This document shows, in pieces, positions 1 through 9,645 of a stretch of 64,000 nt of DNA. The stretch comes from an uncultured Chthonomonadaceae bacterium. GTDB taxonomy: Bacteria; Armatimonadota; Chthonomonadetes; Chthonomonadales; Chthonomonadaceae. The notes under the pieces were generated by a model, which did no database searches, had not been told where the DNA came from, and was given only the letters and a program-made list of their open reading frames with translations. The stretch spans positions 1,024,001 through 1,088,000 of the forward strand of contig CAWFQB010000001.1 in the NCBI GenBank assembly GCA_963817895.1, in the 5' to 3' direction. The translations under genes were made by a program, and so were the position numbers. Positions within the stretch are counted from its first letter, which is position 1; the number at the start of each line of letters is the position of its first letter.

Positions 1-1
1 T

Positions 2-343
2 CTGCAAAAAGCCGTCAAGGAAACACCCTGGAAAAATACGGACGCGCGGAAGGGGATTGATGCGCGTATCGCCCTGCATGTCGGACCGATTTTTGAAGCA
101 AAGGACCCGATCACGCAGCGACTCAACTATTATGGTTCGCATGTCAATCGCGCCGCGCGTCTGGAACCCATCACCGTACCCGGCCACATCTACGCCACGG
201 AGCAGTTCGTCGCCCTGCTGATGTCCGAGGTGAGTGGCCACCGCGCCGTTTCAAAGCTATTCAGCTGCGAGTACCTGGGAGTTCTTTCACTGGCGAAAGA
301 TTTCGATGAGCAGGTCACTTACCATATTCGTGGCACAGATTAA
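2..343 (+). CDS. class III adenylate/guanylate cyclase domain protein, C-terminal part (runs off window start)
   Basis: Manual translation of frame +2 gives ARIALHVGPIFEAKDPITQRLNYYGSHVNRAARLEPITVPGHIYATEQF, matching the cyclase motifs RIxLHxGP and GxxVNxAARLE; TAA at 341-343. Confidence 0.85.
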   Translation: MQKAVKETPWKNTDARKGIDARIALHVGPIFEAKDPITQRLNYYGSHVNRAARLEPITVPGHIYATEQFVALLMSEVSGHRAVSKLFSCEYLGVLSLAKDFDEQVTYHIRGTD

Positions 344-452
344 ACGGAGAGCCTTTTAGACCACCCCACATAGTGACCGCCAGGCTGCTAATTGCAGATA
401 CGACAAAAATCACTTTACTTTTTACCTCCATCACTCCAATTGGAGTACAATC

Positions 453-615
453 AAGCAGGTATTGGCGGAACGGACGCCGAATACTGAATAACTTTTCGTG
501 GTTTTTGCGTTGGAAGCGGGTTTTGCAACTTGAATTCGCTTTGGAGCGCAGTCAACCTGCCAGTCGCAGCAGGCCGGAGTTCATAACAACAGACATTCCG
601 CCCGATACAGCCTTT
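453..615 (+). ncRNA. ssrS: probable 6S RNA
   Basis: Rod-like fold seen by eye: 459-470 pairs with 596-608, 485-493 with 578-583, 506-523 with 532-550; central bubble with a small 3' hairpin (556-573); TACAAT -10 at 446-451; lies directly upstream of rny, a known ssrS synteny in several phyla. Confidence 0.5.
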
Positions 616-763
616 TTCCCGTTTCTCTGCTTGTTACAGACTTGTCAGGAAACGGGCCGGGTGTGGCGGAGGTTGGTTGGGAACAGACGGTCGGCTGTTT
701 ACCCTTGCTCAATCTCGGACAGAGGTTCGTGGGCTGCCCACTATTCTGTCTGGAGGTGAGGGA

Positions 764-2338
764 TTGTTACCAAATCAAGTCATCGCTTTTCTTTTAGTCA
801 CACTCTTAGCATTGCTCGTAGGGTTTTTTCTTGAACGAACCTTTTTGATTAAGCCAATTGAAACGCGCGAACGCGCGCGCGTTGCCGAACTGGTACAGAC
901 ACAGCAGCTGGAAGCGCAAAAGTTGAAAGACGACGCGCTCAAAGAGGTCGAGTCCGCCAAACGGCAGGCGGTTCTGGAGGCGAAAGAAGACGCGCTTCAG
1001 TTCCGCGAGGAAGTTGAAACTGAAAACCGGGAGAAACGAGCTGAAGTCCAGAGGTTAGAGCGAAGACTGGCACAAAAGGAAGAGAATCTCGACCGTCGGG
1101 CCGAAGGCTTCGAGGGTCGGGAACGCCAGATACAGGATCGCGAAGCGCAAACCTTGCAGGTGCGGCAGGAAGTGGAAACCCTGCTGACCAAACAGCGGCA
1201 GGAACTCCAACGTCTTGCCGGACTGTCGCAGGAGGATGCCCGCGCTCTGTTTATGAAAAACGTCGAGGACGAAAGCCGCCACGATGCCGCGAAACTGATG
1301 CGCGACATTGAGGAGGGCGCGCGCCGGGATGGAGAGCGAAAAGCGCGTCAGATCGTCACGGATGTCATACAGCGGTGCAGCGTGGATCAAACGTCGGAAA
1401 CAACCGTTTCTGTCGTTCCCCTGCCCAACGACGAGATGAAAGGGCGCATCATCGGGCGCGAAGGCCGCAACATTCGCGCCTTCGAGACGATTACGGGCGT
1501 GGATTTGATTATTGATGACACGCCGGATACGGTCGTGCTGTCCGGCTTCGACCCGGTTCGCCGGGAAAAAGCGCGTATCGCCCTGACCAATCTGATTGTA
1601 GACGGGCGCATCCATCCGGGGCGCATCGAGGAGCTGTACAAAAAAGCGGAAACCGAGGTGGAAGCGCGGATACAGGAGGCGGGCGAGCGGGCGGTGCTGG
1701 AAACCGGCATGACCGGGCTTTCCACGGAAATCGTGCATCTGCTCGGCAAAATGAAATATCGCACCTCCTTCAAGCAGAACGTGCTGAATCACAGCATCGA
1801 AGTATCCCTTCTATGCGGCATGTTGGCGGCGGAAGTGGGCGCGGATGTTCACATCGCGCGGCGCGCGGGATTGCTGCATGACCTGGGCAAAGCCGTAGAC
1901 TTCGAGATTGAGGGACCTCACGCGCTGATTACCGGAGAGATTTTGCGTCGCAACCACGAATCCGAACCGGTTGTCCATGCGGCGGAAGCGCACCATCACG
2001 ACGTGGAACCTGCCACTGTCGAGGCTATTCTGGTGATTTGCGGCGACCAGATTTCCGCCGCCCGTCCCGGCGCGCGGCGTGAAACGCTGGAAACCTACGT
2101 CAAGCGCCTGAAGAAACTGGAAGACATCGGCGAAAGTTTTGCAGGCGTGGAGAAAGTGTTCGCGGTGCAGGCGGGCCGCGAAATTCGCGTGATCGTGCGC
2201 CCGGAGCAGCTTGACGATCTGGCGTCCCTGAAACTGGCGCGCGACATGGCGAGGCGCATCGAAGACGAAATGGAGTACCCCGGCCAGATCAAAGTAACCG
2301 TCATCCGCGAAACCCGGTCGGTGGATTTTGCGAAGTAG
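764..2338 (+). CDS. rny: ribonuclease Y
   Basis: N-terminal TM helix, coiled coil, KH (MKGRIIGREGRNIR) and HD (LLHDLGKA) domains; SD GGAGGTG at 752-758 before TTG 764. Confidence 0.97.
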   Translation: MLPNQVIAFLLVTLLALLVGFFLERTFLIKPIETRERARVAELVQTQQLEAQKLKDDALKEVESAKRQAVLEAKEDALQFREEVETENREKRAEVQRLERRLAQKEENLDRRAEGFEGRERQIQDREAQTLQVRQEVETLLTKQRQELQRLAGLSQEDARALFMKNVEDESRHDAAKLMRDIEEGARRDGERKARQIVTDVIQRCSVDQTSETTVSVVPLPNDEMKGRIIGREGRNIRAFETITGVDLIIDDTPDTVVLSGFDPVRREKARIALTNLIVDGRIHPGRIEELYKKAETEVEARIQEAGERAVLETGMTGLSTEIVHLLGKMKYRTSFKQNVLNHSIEVSLLCGMLAAEVGADVHIARRAGLLHDLGKAVDFEIEGPHALITGEILRRNHESEPVVHAAEAHHHDVEPATVEAILVICGDQISAARPGARRETLETYVKRLKKLEDIGESFAGVEKVFAVQAGREIRVIVRPEQLDDLASLKLARDMARRIEDEMEYPGQIKVTVIRETRSVDFAK

Positions 2339-2344
2339 AGAGGA

Positions 2345-2445
2345 AGATACGAGATACGAGATACGAGTGAAAAGCCTCCTGTTAGTCATAGAAATGGCTC
2401 AGGGTAGAACAAATGAGTTTTACTCGTATCTCGTATCTCGTATCT
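2345..2445. repeat. inverted heptamer tandem repeat (AGATACG)3 ... (CGTATCT)3
   Basis: 24-bp perfect inverted arms at 2345-2368 and 2422-2445. Confidence 0.9.
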
Positions 2446-2461
2446 CGCCCCGGAGTTCTTC

Positions 2462-3265
2462 ATGCGCGTACTCATGGTCGGCGATGTCGTCGGCAAGCCG
2501 GGACGACTGCTCACGCAGGAGTTGGTTCCCCGGCTGAAAACGGAACATAAGGTAGATTTCGTAATCGTCAACGGGGAGAACTCCGCGGGGGGTATCGGAA
2601 TCACGCCGGATATTGTCCTGACCCTGCTGCGCCACCATGTTGACGTGATTACGCTGGGCAACCATGCGTGGGGCAAGCGCGACATTTACCCGATGCTGGA
2701 CGAGGAGCCGCGCCTGCTGCGTCCCGACAACTACCCGCCGGGAGCGCCGGGCAGGGGTTGGGGCGTGTTCGCGTCCCCGGCAGGGCCGTTCGGCGTGGTA
2801 AACCTACAGGGGCGCGTGTTCATGGAATCTGTAGACGATCCGTTTCGCGCTATAGACACCATTCTGGAGGAATTACATCGGCGGACGCGCCTGATCTTCA
2901 TAGATTTCCACGCCGAGGCCACGTCCGAAAAACAGGCGTTCGGCTACTACGTGGATGGGCGCGTCAGCGCGGTTGTGGGGACGCACACGCACATTCAAAC
3001 CGCCGATGAGCGTATTCTGGACGGCGGCACGGCGTATCTAACGGATGTGGGCATGACCGGCCCGATCAATTCCGTTATCGGCATGAAGCGCGACATCGTA
3101 ATTCCGAAATTTACCAGCGGGCTGCCCGCTCGCTTCGAGGTGGCGGAGGGCGAAGCGCAATTAAGCGGCGTTCTGGTAGACATTAATACGGCGACCGGAC
3201 AGGCAACCGCCATTCAGCGCGTTCAATTGCCGCCACATCGGAAAAGTAGTCCGCCTTCCGTATGA
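2462..3265 (+). CDS. ymdB: TIGR00282/YmdB family metallophosphoesterase
   Basis: GDVVG, NGEN, GNH, DFHAEATSEK and GTHTH motifs; conserved position after rny. Confidence 0.95.
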   Translation: MRVLMVGDVVGKPGRLLTQELVPRLKTEHKVDFVIVNGENSAGGIGITPDIVLTLLRHHVDVITLGNHAWGKRDIYPMLDEEPRLLRPDNYPPGAPGRGWGVFASPAGPFGVVNLQGRVFMESVDDPFRAIDTILEELHRRTRLIFIDFHAEATSEKQAFGYYVDGRVSAVVGTHTHIQTADERILDGGTAYLTDVGMTGPINSVIGMKRDIVIPKFTSGLPARFEVAEGEAQLSGVLVDINTATGQATAIQRVQLPPHRKSSPPSV

Positions 3266-3447
3266 CAATGAACTACCGACTACTTTCCTTCTGATTTTAT
3301 CGTATAATGGAGTCATAATCGGACCTCGCTGCCGTTCAGGTTAAGAATAACCTGCGCGAATAATTTTGCAGGGGGAGCAATTTATTGCGCCCTCTCCCGT
3401 TTTCCATTGCAACATTTACCTGCACAAGCAATTGAGGAGAGCAAACC

Positions 3448-4454
3448 ATGATAAACCGTTCTTTTCGAATCGGCGCAAAACGCCGCCTGTTGGCCGTCGG
3501 CGGCCTTGCTGGAATTGTTGGTTTGAGCGGCGTCGGCGCGGCGTATGCGCGGCAGACCACGAACGCGCTCAACATCTTTCAGGGTACATCCGCGCAAACA
3601 TCGGGACTGAAGCTGGGCAGTTGGGGCAGCGGCAGCGTCACCGAAGATGAGAAAAATGTGTACACGGGAACCGAATCGCTGCGCGTGGTAACGCACGGGC
3701 AGTTTCAGGGCGCTGTGCTGCGCCTGAATAATCCCGTGAACCTGAGCAGCTACGTCGCCAACAAAAATGCGTACTTGCAGATGGCCGTGCTTGTGCCGGC
3801 TCCTCCGACAGGCGCGGGCGCGGGCGCAGGCCCTGGCTTTGGCGGAGCGGGACCCGGCGGCTTCGGGGGATCGGGCGGCGGGTTGGGATTTCCCGGCAGC
3901 AATGGACCCGGCGGCTTCAAGTCGGGCGCAGCCGCGAGTTCGGCGCGCGCGCCAAAGCGATTGAAAACGTGCGCGTGGTTCTAAATCGGGCGGGCGGCAA
4001 AGGCACGGAGTTTATGCTGCCTGTGGCGACCGGGGTTCAGGAGAATCAGTGGCGTCTGGTGAGCATCCCCGTCAGCCAGATTCCGGGCATCAGCGCGGAC
4101 AACGCCCACTTCAGCGAAGTCCGGCTTTTCGGCGATAGTTCCGGCGTGATGTACGTCGGGCGTATCGGCGTCGTGATAGACTCCACGCCCATCAAACTGG
4201 AACCCGTTTCCGATAAGGACGTGTCCACCAAAAACCACTACCGCTATACCGCGAGCGCGAACGCGGGCGCCACACCCCTGAAATACTCCTGGGACTGGGA
4301 CGATAAGGACGGTATTCAGGAAGAATCCGTTGGCCGGAATGTGGATCACGTCTACTACAAAGAGGGCGACTATGTAGGGACGCTGACCGTCAGCGACGCA
4401 TACGGCGTTAAAGCGCCCGTCATCACACACTTCAAAATTCACGCGCACCTGTAG
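3448..4454 (+). CDS. secreted Gly-rich protein with C-terminal PKD domain (frameshift near 3955)
   Basis: ORF 3448-3984 (signal peptide, Gly-rich) and ORF 3969-4454 (YSWDWD...HVY...GDYVGTLTVSD, PKD) join with one indel. Confidence 0.7.
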
Positions 4455-4545
4455 GAAGAAGAGGAGAAGAGAAGAAAAGGAGAAAAGGAGAAAAGGAGAG
4501 ACACACCACTTCTCCTCTTCTCCTCTTCTCCTTTTCTCCTTTTCT
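4455..4545. repeat. inverted octamer tandem repeat (GGAGAAAA/GGAGAAGA)n ... (TTCTCCTC/TTCTCCTT)n
   Basis: Purine tract followed by its complementary pyrimidine tract. Confidence 0.85.
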
Positions 4546-4568
4546 AGCCGGTGAGGATAAGAAAGAAA

Positions 4569-5591
4569 ATGATAATCATATTAGCGCCGGAAACCACCGG
4601 GGCGCAGCAGGCGGAACTGCTGGAGGAATTGAAGGGCCGGGGGTATGGCGTTCATCTTTCCGAGGGCGTAGAGCGCACCATTATCGGTGTGATTGGCACG
4701 CCCGAACGCGACAAAAGCGATCTGGTCGAGCATTTCGAATCGCGGCCTTATGTGGAGCGCGTGGTTCCCATTCTGAAGCCGTACAAACTGGTCGGCAAGG
4801 CGTTCAAGCCCGAAGGCACGGTTATCAATGTTCGCGGCGTTCAGATCGGCGGCGGGCAACTGTGCGTGATGGCGGGGCCGTGTACCGTTGAATTGCCCGA
4901 AATGCTGTTTGAAACCGCCGCGTTTGTGAAAAAAGCGGGCGCGCATGTCCTGCGCGGCGGCGCGTTCAAACCGTCCACCAGTCCGTACTCGTTTCACGGC
5001 ATGGGCGAAGCGGGGCTGAAACTGCTGGCGGAAGCCAGTCAGCAGACCGGCCTGCCTATCATTACCGAAGTGATGGACACGCGGGACGTGGAACTCGTCG
5101 GCAACTATACGGACATTTTTCAAATCGGCACGCGCAACATGACCAACTTTTCCCTGTTGAGCGAAATCGGGAAAGTTCGCAAACCCGTCATGCTCAAACG
5201 CGGATGGGCCAGCACGATTGAGGAGTGGCTACAGGCGGCGGAATACATCGCCAGTCAGGGCAACTACGAGATTATTTTGTGTGAACGGGGTATCCGCACC
5301 TTTGAAACGTACACGCGCAATACGTTCGACATCAACGCCATACCCGCCATTAAAGAGTTGTCGCACCTGCCCATTTTCGCCGATCCTTCCCATGCGACCG
5401 GCAAGCGCAGTCTGGTCAACGCGGTAACGCGGGGCGCGGTAGCGACGGGCGCGGACGGCATCATCATCGAAACGCACCCCAACCCTGAAAAAGCGATCAA
5501 GGACGGCCCGCAATCCCTGACGTTCGCGCAATTCGAGGAACTGATGCAGGACATTCGCCCCATTGCGCAGGCCGTAGGAAAAACTCTTTAG
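4569..5591 (+). CDS. aroF: 3-deoxy-7-phosphoheptulonate (DAHP) synthase, type I-beta with N-terminal ferredoxin-like domain
   Basis: MAGPCTVE, LRGGAFKP, LKRG, CERGIRTFE and DPSHATG motifs. Confidence 0.95.
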   Translation: MIIILAPETTGAQQAELLEELKGRGYGVHLSEGVERTIIGVIGTPERDKSDLVEHFESRPYVERVVPILKPYKLVGKAFKPEGTVINVRGVQIGGGQLCVMAGPCTVELPEMLFETAAFVKKAGAHVLRGGAFKPSTSPYSFHGMGEAGLKLLAEASQQTGLPIITEVMDTRDVELVGNYTDIFQIGTRNMTNFSLLSEIGKVRKPVMLKRGWASTIEEWLQAAEYIASQGNYEIILCERGIRTFETYTRNTFDINAIPAIKELSHLPIFADPSHATGKRSLVNAVTRGAVATGADGIIIETHPNPEKAIKDGPQSLTFAQFEELMQDIRPIAQAVGKTL

Positions 5592-5694
5592 ATGTCTTGC
5601 CGGTGAATAAACGCTCCGGATTTTGGACGTGAAGTATGTATTTTCGGCTGATGCGGATGCTGTATTTGCAGAATACGGCGCAGGAGAAACCACG

Positions 5695-6581
5695 ATGGCA
5701 GCCATAGAAACCATAGAAGCGATCAGGCAACCGCGTAACGACAAACCTGTTGGCAAGCGGGCGGTCTACTACCCGATGGGAGACGGCAAGCCGATGGCTG
5801 AAGACACGTTGCATCGTGAACAGATGGCCTACTGCTGTGACGCCCTCAAATACCGCTTTGCCGCCCGTCCTGATGTGTATGTGGCAGGCAACGACTTTGT
5901 GTACTATCAGGAAGGCAGTCCCAGGCAGCGAATCTCGCCCGACTGCTACGTAGTCATTGGCGTAGAAAAAAGCGGCGCAAGTCCTACAAGGTGTGGGAGG
6001 AGAACGGCGTTGCGCCTGCCGTCGTGTTTGAAATCACGTCCAAAGCCACGCAGAAAGAAGATGTGGAGGACAAACGGCCCCTCTACGAACAGACGCTACG
6101 GGTGGCGGAATATTTCCAGTTCGATCCCACAGGCGACTATCTGCATCCGCGTTTGCAGGGGCAGCGTTTGCAAGGGGGAACGTACCAGAGCATCGAACTG
6201 CGCGAGGACCGGATGTGGAGTGAGCAGTTGCAGTTGGAACTGGTTGTTCACAACGATGCCCTGCGCTTCTACGATCCGGCAAGGGGAGAGTGGCTGCGCG
6301 CCTACGAAGAAGCCGAAACACAGCGTCTTGCTGCCGAGCGTCAGGCTCAGGCCGAAGCGCAACGCGCTGATATGGAGGCGCGACGCGCTAATGAAGAAGC
6401 GCAACGCGCCCTGATCGCAGAAAGGCTGGCGCAGGCCGAAGCGCAACGCGCTAATGAAGAAGCGCAACGCGCTCAGGCCGCCGAGCATCAGGCTCAGGCG
6501 GAAGCGCGCCGCGCCGATAGCGCAGAAGCGGCGTTGGCGCAGTTACGCGCTGATGTGGAAGCCATGCGCCAACAGCAGTAA
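5695..6581 (+). CDS. Uma2 family endonuclease with coiled-coil tail (frameshift in A-run near 5966-5971)
   Basis: DGKPMAE..H, ISPDCYVV, SYKVWEE, FEITSK and EYFQFDP motifs; AEAQRA repeats; one more A restores the frame. Confidence 0.85.
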
Positions 6582-6675
6582 TGGCTGCGCGCAAACATGT
6601 CGAGAGTCTCGAGTCGCGTCTGGTTAAGAGGATTTATTCGTCATCATTCACCGTTTATTATCACAAAGTTGTTCA

Positions 6676-7512
6676 ATGGAGCCTTTGCTTCAAGAGGATA
6701 ATTCTCAGCCGCTTTTCAAGCGCGTCGCCATCATTGGCGTCGGGCTGATGGGCGGTTCGCTCGGCATGGCATTACGCGCGCGAGGCGTTACGCAAACGGT
6801 TGTAGGCGTGGATACAAGCGAACGTGTTCTGGCGCGGGCGCGCGAAGTCGGGGCGGTTGACGAAGTTGTAACCGATTTGCAAACGGGCGTCATAGACGCG
6901 GACTGTATCATTTTGGCTGCGCCCGTTGCGGCAATTCCGCTTTTGTTGGAAGCCCTGCCTCCTCTGGTTCGGCCAGACGCGCTGATTACCGACATCGGCA
7001 GCGCGAAACGCGCGATTGTGGAAACGGGCGAAAGGTTGTTTGGCAAACGGTTTGTGGGCGGGCATCCCATGGCGGGCGCGCCGGGGGGCGGCATTGACGC
7101 GGCGCGGGCCGATGTGTTTACGGACGCGGCATGGGGCATTGTCGGCACGGAAGAACCAGACGTGAATACAAATGTATGGGCGGCGAAAGTGGCGGCAATG
7201 GCGCAGGCAGTGGGCGCGCGACCCGTTTTGCTCGACAGCAGACAGCATGACCGTCTGGTGGCTCTGGTCAGCCATTTGCCGCACGCGCTTTCGTTCGCGT
7301 TTGCCGACATGATTGCCGCGCAGCCGGATGCGCCGCAGGCGCGGCAAATGGCGGGCAGCAGTTTCCGCGACCTGACGCGGGTTGCCGTCGCCGACCGCGG
7401 GTTCTGGCAGGCTATCTTTATGGCAAACCGCGAGGAACTGTTGAACGCGCTGAATATGGTTGAGGCGCAACTGCATCAGTTGAAAGCAACGCTTACAGCT
7501 GATAATAAATAG
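6676..7512 (+). CDS. tyrA: prephenate/arogenate dehydrogenase
   Basis: GVGLMGGS, TDIGSAK, GGHPMAG, HD..VA.VSHLPH and SFRDLTRVA motifs. Confidence 0.93.
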   Translation: MEPLLQEDNSQPLFKRVAIIGVGLMGGSLGMALRARGVTQTVVGVDTSERVLARAREVGAVDEVVTDLQTGVIDADCIILAAPVAAIPLLLEALPPLVRPDALITDIGSAKRAIVETGERLFGKRFVGGHPMAGAPGGGIDAARADVFTDAAWGIVGTEEPDVNTNVWAAKVAAMAQAVGARPVLLDSRQHDRLVALVSHLPHALSFAFADMIAAQPDAPQARQMAGSSFRDLTRVAVADRGFWQAIFMANREELLNALNMVEAQLHQLKATLTADNK

Positions 7513-7567
7513 GGGTTGCGCCTCTTCATACAGGCCGGTTGCCTGAAATATTTTCAACAATACTTTT

Positions 7568-8191
7568 ATGAACGACGAACTTTTCCTCAAACAACTGGAG
7601 CAGATTGTCCCGCAGGAAGACTGTACGCGGCAGATATATGCTCACGTCGACACGCGCCAACGGCCTCAAACGCAGGTTTCCTGCGCGCAGTCTGCGGAGC
7701 GAACGCGGCATGTCGTCTGGGAACTGCCTGCCGAACCCCGTTTTCAAGTGTCGCGGGGCGGCCAGAAGGGGGATTGGAAGTGGCTGCGCCCGCTTCTCGG
7801 AAATTTAACCTTCCTGACGCTGTTCATTCTCGCGCTGGGCTTCTGGCCTCATTCCCGTCCGCGCCTTGCATCTACCATAACCCCTGCAATGCCGCTGTCC
7901 TCGTCCTCGATTGCGCCGCAAACAACTGTGGCATCCAATTCGTATCGCCCGGTCATGGCAGACAGGCAAACGGTAATGCGCAGGAGGACAGAAACTTCCT
8001 TCGCGGCTTCGTCCGCCAACACTGCGCTGCAAACAAGGCCGTCGCTGTACGCGGATAGTCCGGTTCGCAACACTACGCCCGCGCGTCCGCCAAACCCTTA
8101 CTCTGCCGGGGCGTACCGCGTTACCAGTTACCGGGTTGCGCCCGCCGCGCCCCTGACCGGCAGTATGCCCCCGATGCAGTCGCCCTATTAA
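7568..8191 (+). CDS. hypothetical single-pass membrane protein
   Basis: 207-aa ORF with one hydrophobic segment and a Pro/Ser/Thr-rich tail. Confidence 0.6.
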   Translation: MNDELFLKQLEQIVPQEDCTRQIYAHVDTRQRPQTQVSCAQSAERTRHVVWELPAEPRFQVSRGGQKGDWKWLRPLLGNLTFLTLFILALGFWPHSRPRLASTITPAMPLSSSSIAPQTTVASNSYRPVMADRQTVMRRRTETSFAASSANTALQTRPSLYADSPVRNTTPARPPNPYSAGAYRVTSYRVAPAAPLTGSMPPMQSPY

Positions 8192-8255
8192 CGCATTGCA
8201 GAGCAGGCGCCTGAAAAAGAATCCGAACAATTTACGGATCAGGGCGCGAAACCCC

Positions 8256-8307
8256 TTGACAGACTACTGCTAGTAGTGTTATTCTATTCTCAGCCCACAT
8301 TTAGACC
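8256..8307 (+). promoter_or_regulatory. sigma70 promoter overlapped by tandem NrdR boxes
   Basis: TTGACA 8256-8261, TG 8277-8278, TATTCT 8280-8285; box cores CTACTGCTAG 8264-8273 and CCACATTTAG 8295-8304, 31 bp apart. Confidence 0.65.
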
Positions 8308-8469
8308 ACGCAGGAAACCACATTCGGCAATAACGAAATTATGCAGCGATTTACATTGCGCGGGTCCGCCGGATACAGGCTTTCGCAGGAGTTTTACTCA
8401 GCGGCAATCATCCCGGCAACGGAGCAGGCGTTTTCCCGCGTAACAGCCGGGCAGGAACCATCTTAACGT

Positions 8470-8943
8470 ATGAAGTGTCCGTTCTGTGGCGTTGTCAACC
8501 GGGATCGCGTGCTGGAAACCCGCACGTTGAATGAAGGAGCCTCCATCAAGCGACGGCGCGAGTGCGAACACTGCGGTCGCCGCTTCACCACAATGGAGGA
8601 GATCGAAGAACTGCAATTGTTTGTGGTCAAAAGCAACAATCGCCGCGTACCCTTCGACCGTAAGAAAATCGTGGAGGGTATGCGACTGGCCTGCAAAGGC
8701 CGCAAAGACATCCACGTTGAAACCTTAGAGGAGGCCGCCGCCGACATCGAGCGGATGCTGTACAACCGGCTGGAAAAAGAGGTTCCCTCCCGCGAAATCG
8801 GCGAACTGGTCATGGACAAATTGAAGGCCATAGATCAGGTGGCGTATGTGCGTTTCGCGTCCGTGTACCGCCAGTTCGAGGACGCCACGCAGTTCAAAGA
8901 GATCGTCAACATGCTGCGGCGGCGCGATACAAAAAAACCATGA
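8470..8943 (+). CDS. nrdR: transcriptional repressor NrdR
   Basis: MKCPFC Zn ribbon, IKRRRECEHC..RFTT, ATP cone, VAYVRFASVYRQF. Confidence 0.97.
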   Translation: MKCPFCGVVNRDRVLETRTLNEGASIKRRRECEHCGRRFTTMEEIEELQLFVVKSNNRRVPFDRKKIVEGMRLACKGRKDIHVETLEEAAADIERMLYNRLEKEVPSREIGELVMDKLKAIDQVAYVRFASVYRQFEDATQFKEIVNMLRRRDTKKP

Positions 8944-9600
8944 AAGCCATTTTATTCGACCTCGACGGCACACTGGCCGACACGCACGGCCTGATTATGC
9001 AGTGTTACGAGCATACGATTGAAGCGCATTTGGGCCGTCCGATGCGGCGCGAAATCTGGGAACGGCTTGTCGGCCTGCCCTTAGATGATACCCTGACGGC
9101 GGTATGCGCGTTCTACAATGTGGAACTGACGCCCACATTGCTCGACGAGTTGCGGCAAACATACCGCGCCCACATGCGGGCCAATTGTGACGATGTTCGC
9201 GCCTTTCCCGGCGTTGTGGAGATGCTGAACGGCCTGCGCGAACGCGGGCTGCGCATGGCGATTGTCACCACCAAGTTCCGTCACAATGGCGGTTCGCCAT
9301 CTGGAAACATCGGGGCTGACGGACTATTTTGAATTCATCGTTCCCGGCGACGAAGTGACCCATCCCAAGCCGGACGCCGAGCCGTTTCTACGCGCCTTAG
9401 CATTGCTCGGCTTGCCTCCCGAACAGGTCGCGCACGTCGGCGACAGCAGCCACGACATCGTGGGCGCGAAAGCCGCCGGTATTTATGCTATCGCTGCTCT
9501 ATGGGGTACGGACAACAAAGACGCTTTGCTTTCCGCTAACCCTGACCTGATTATTTCCACGCCGGAAGAATTGTCGCGACCGCAACAATCGCTTCGGTAA
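8940..9600 (+). CDS. HAD-IA hydrolase, PpaX-like (frameshift near 9281)
   Basis: FDLDGTL, IVTTK, HPKPDAEP and VGDSSHDI motifs split over two frames; ATGA overlap with nrdR. Confidence 0.85.
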
Positions 9601-9645
9601 CGCGCATCTTTTCCACCATTTCTTTTTGAAAGGGAGTTCGCATCC

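Noticed and set aside
373..759. 128-aa ORF upstream of rny
   Set aside because: No recognisable family or SD; it overlaps a structured RNA candidate and the rny leader
6300..6545. Direct repeats in the Uma2 tail as a CRISPR-like array
   Set aside because: They are in-frame coiled-coil repeats typical of Uma2 proteins, with no spacer regularity
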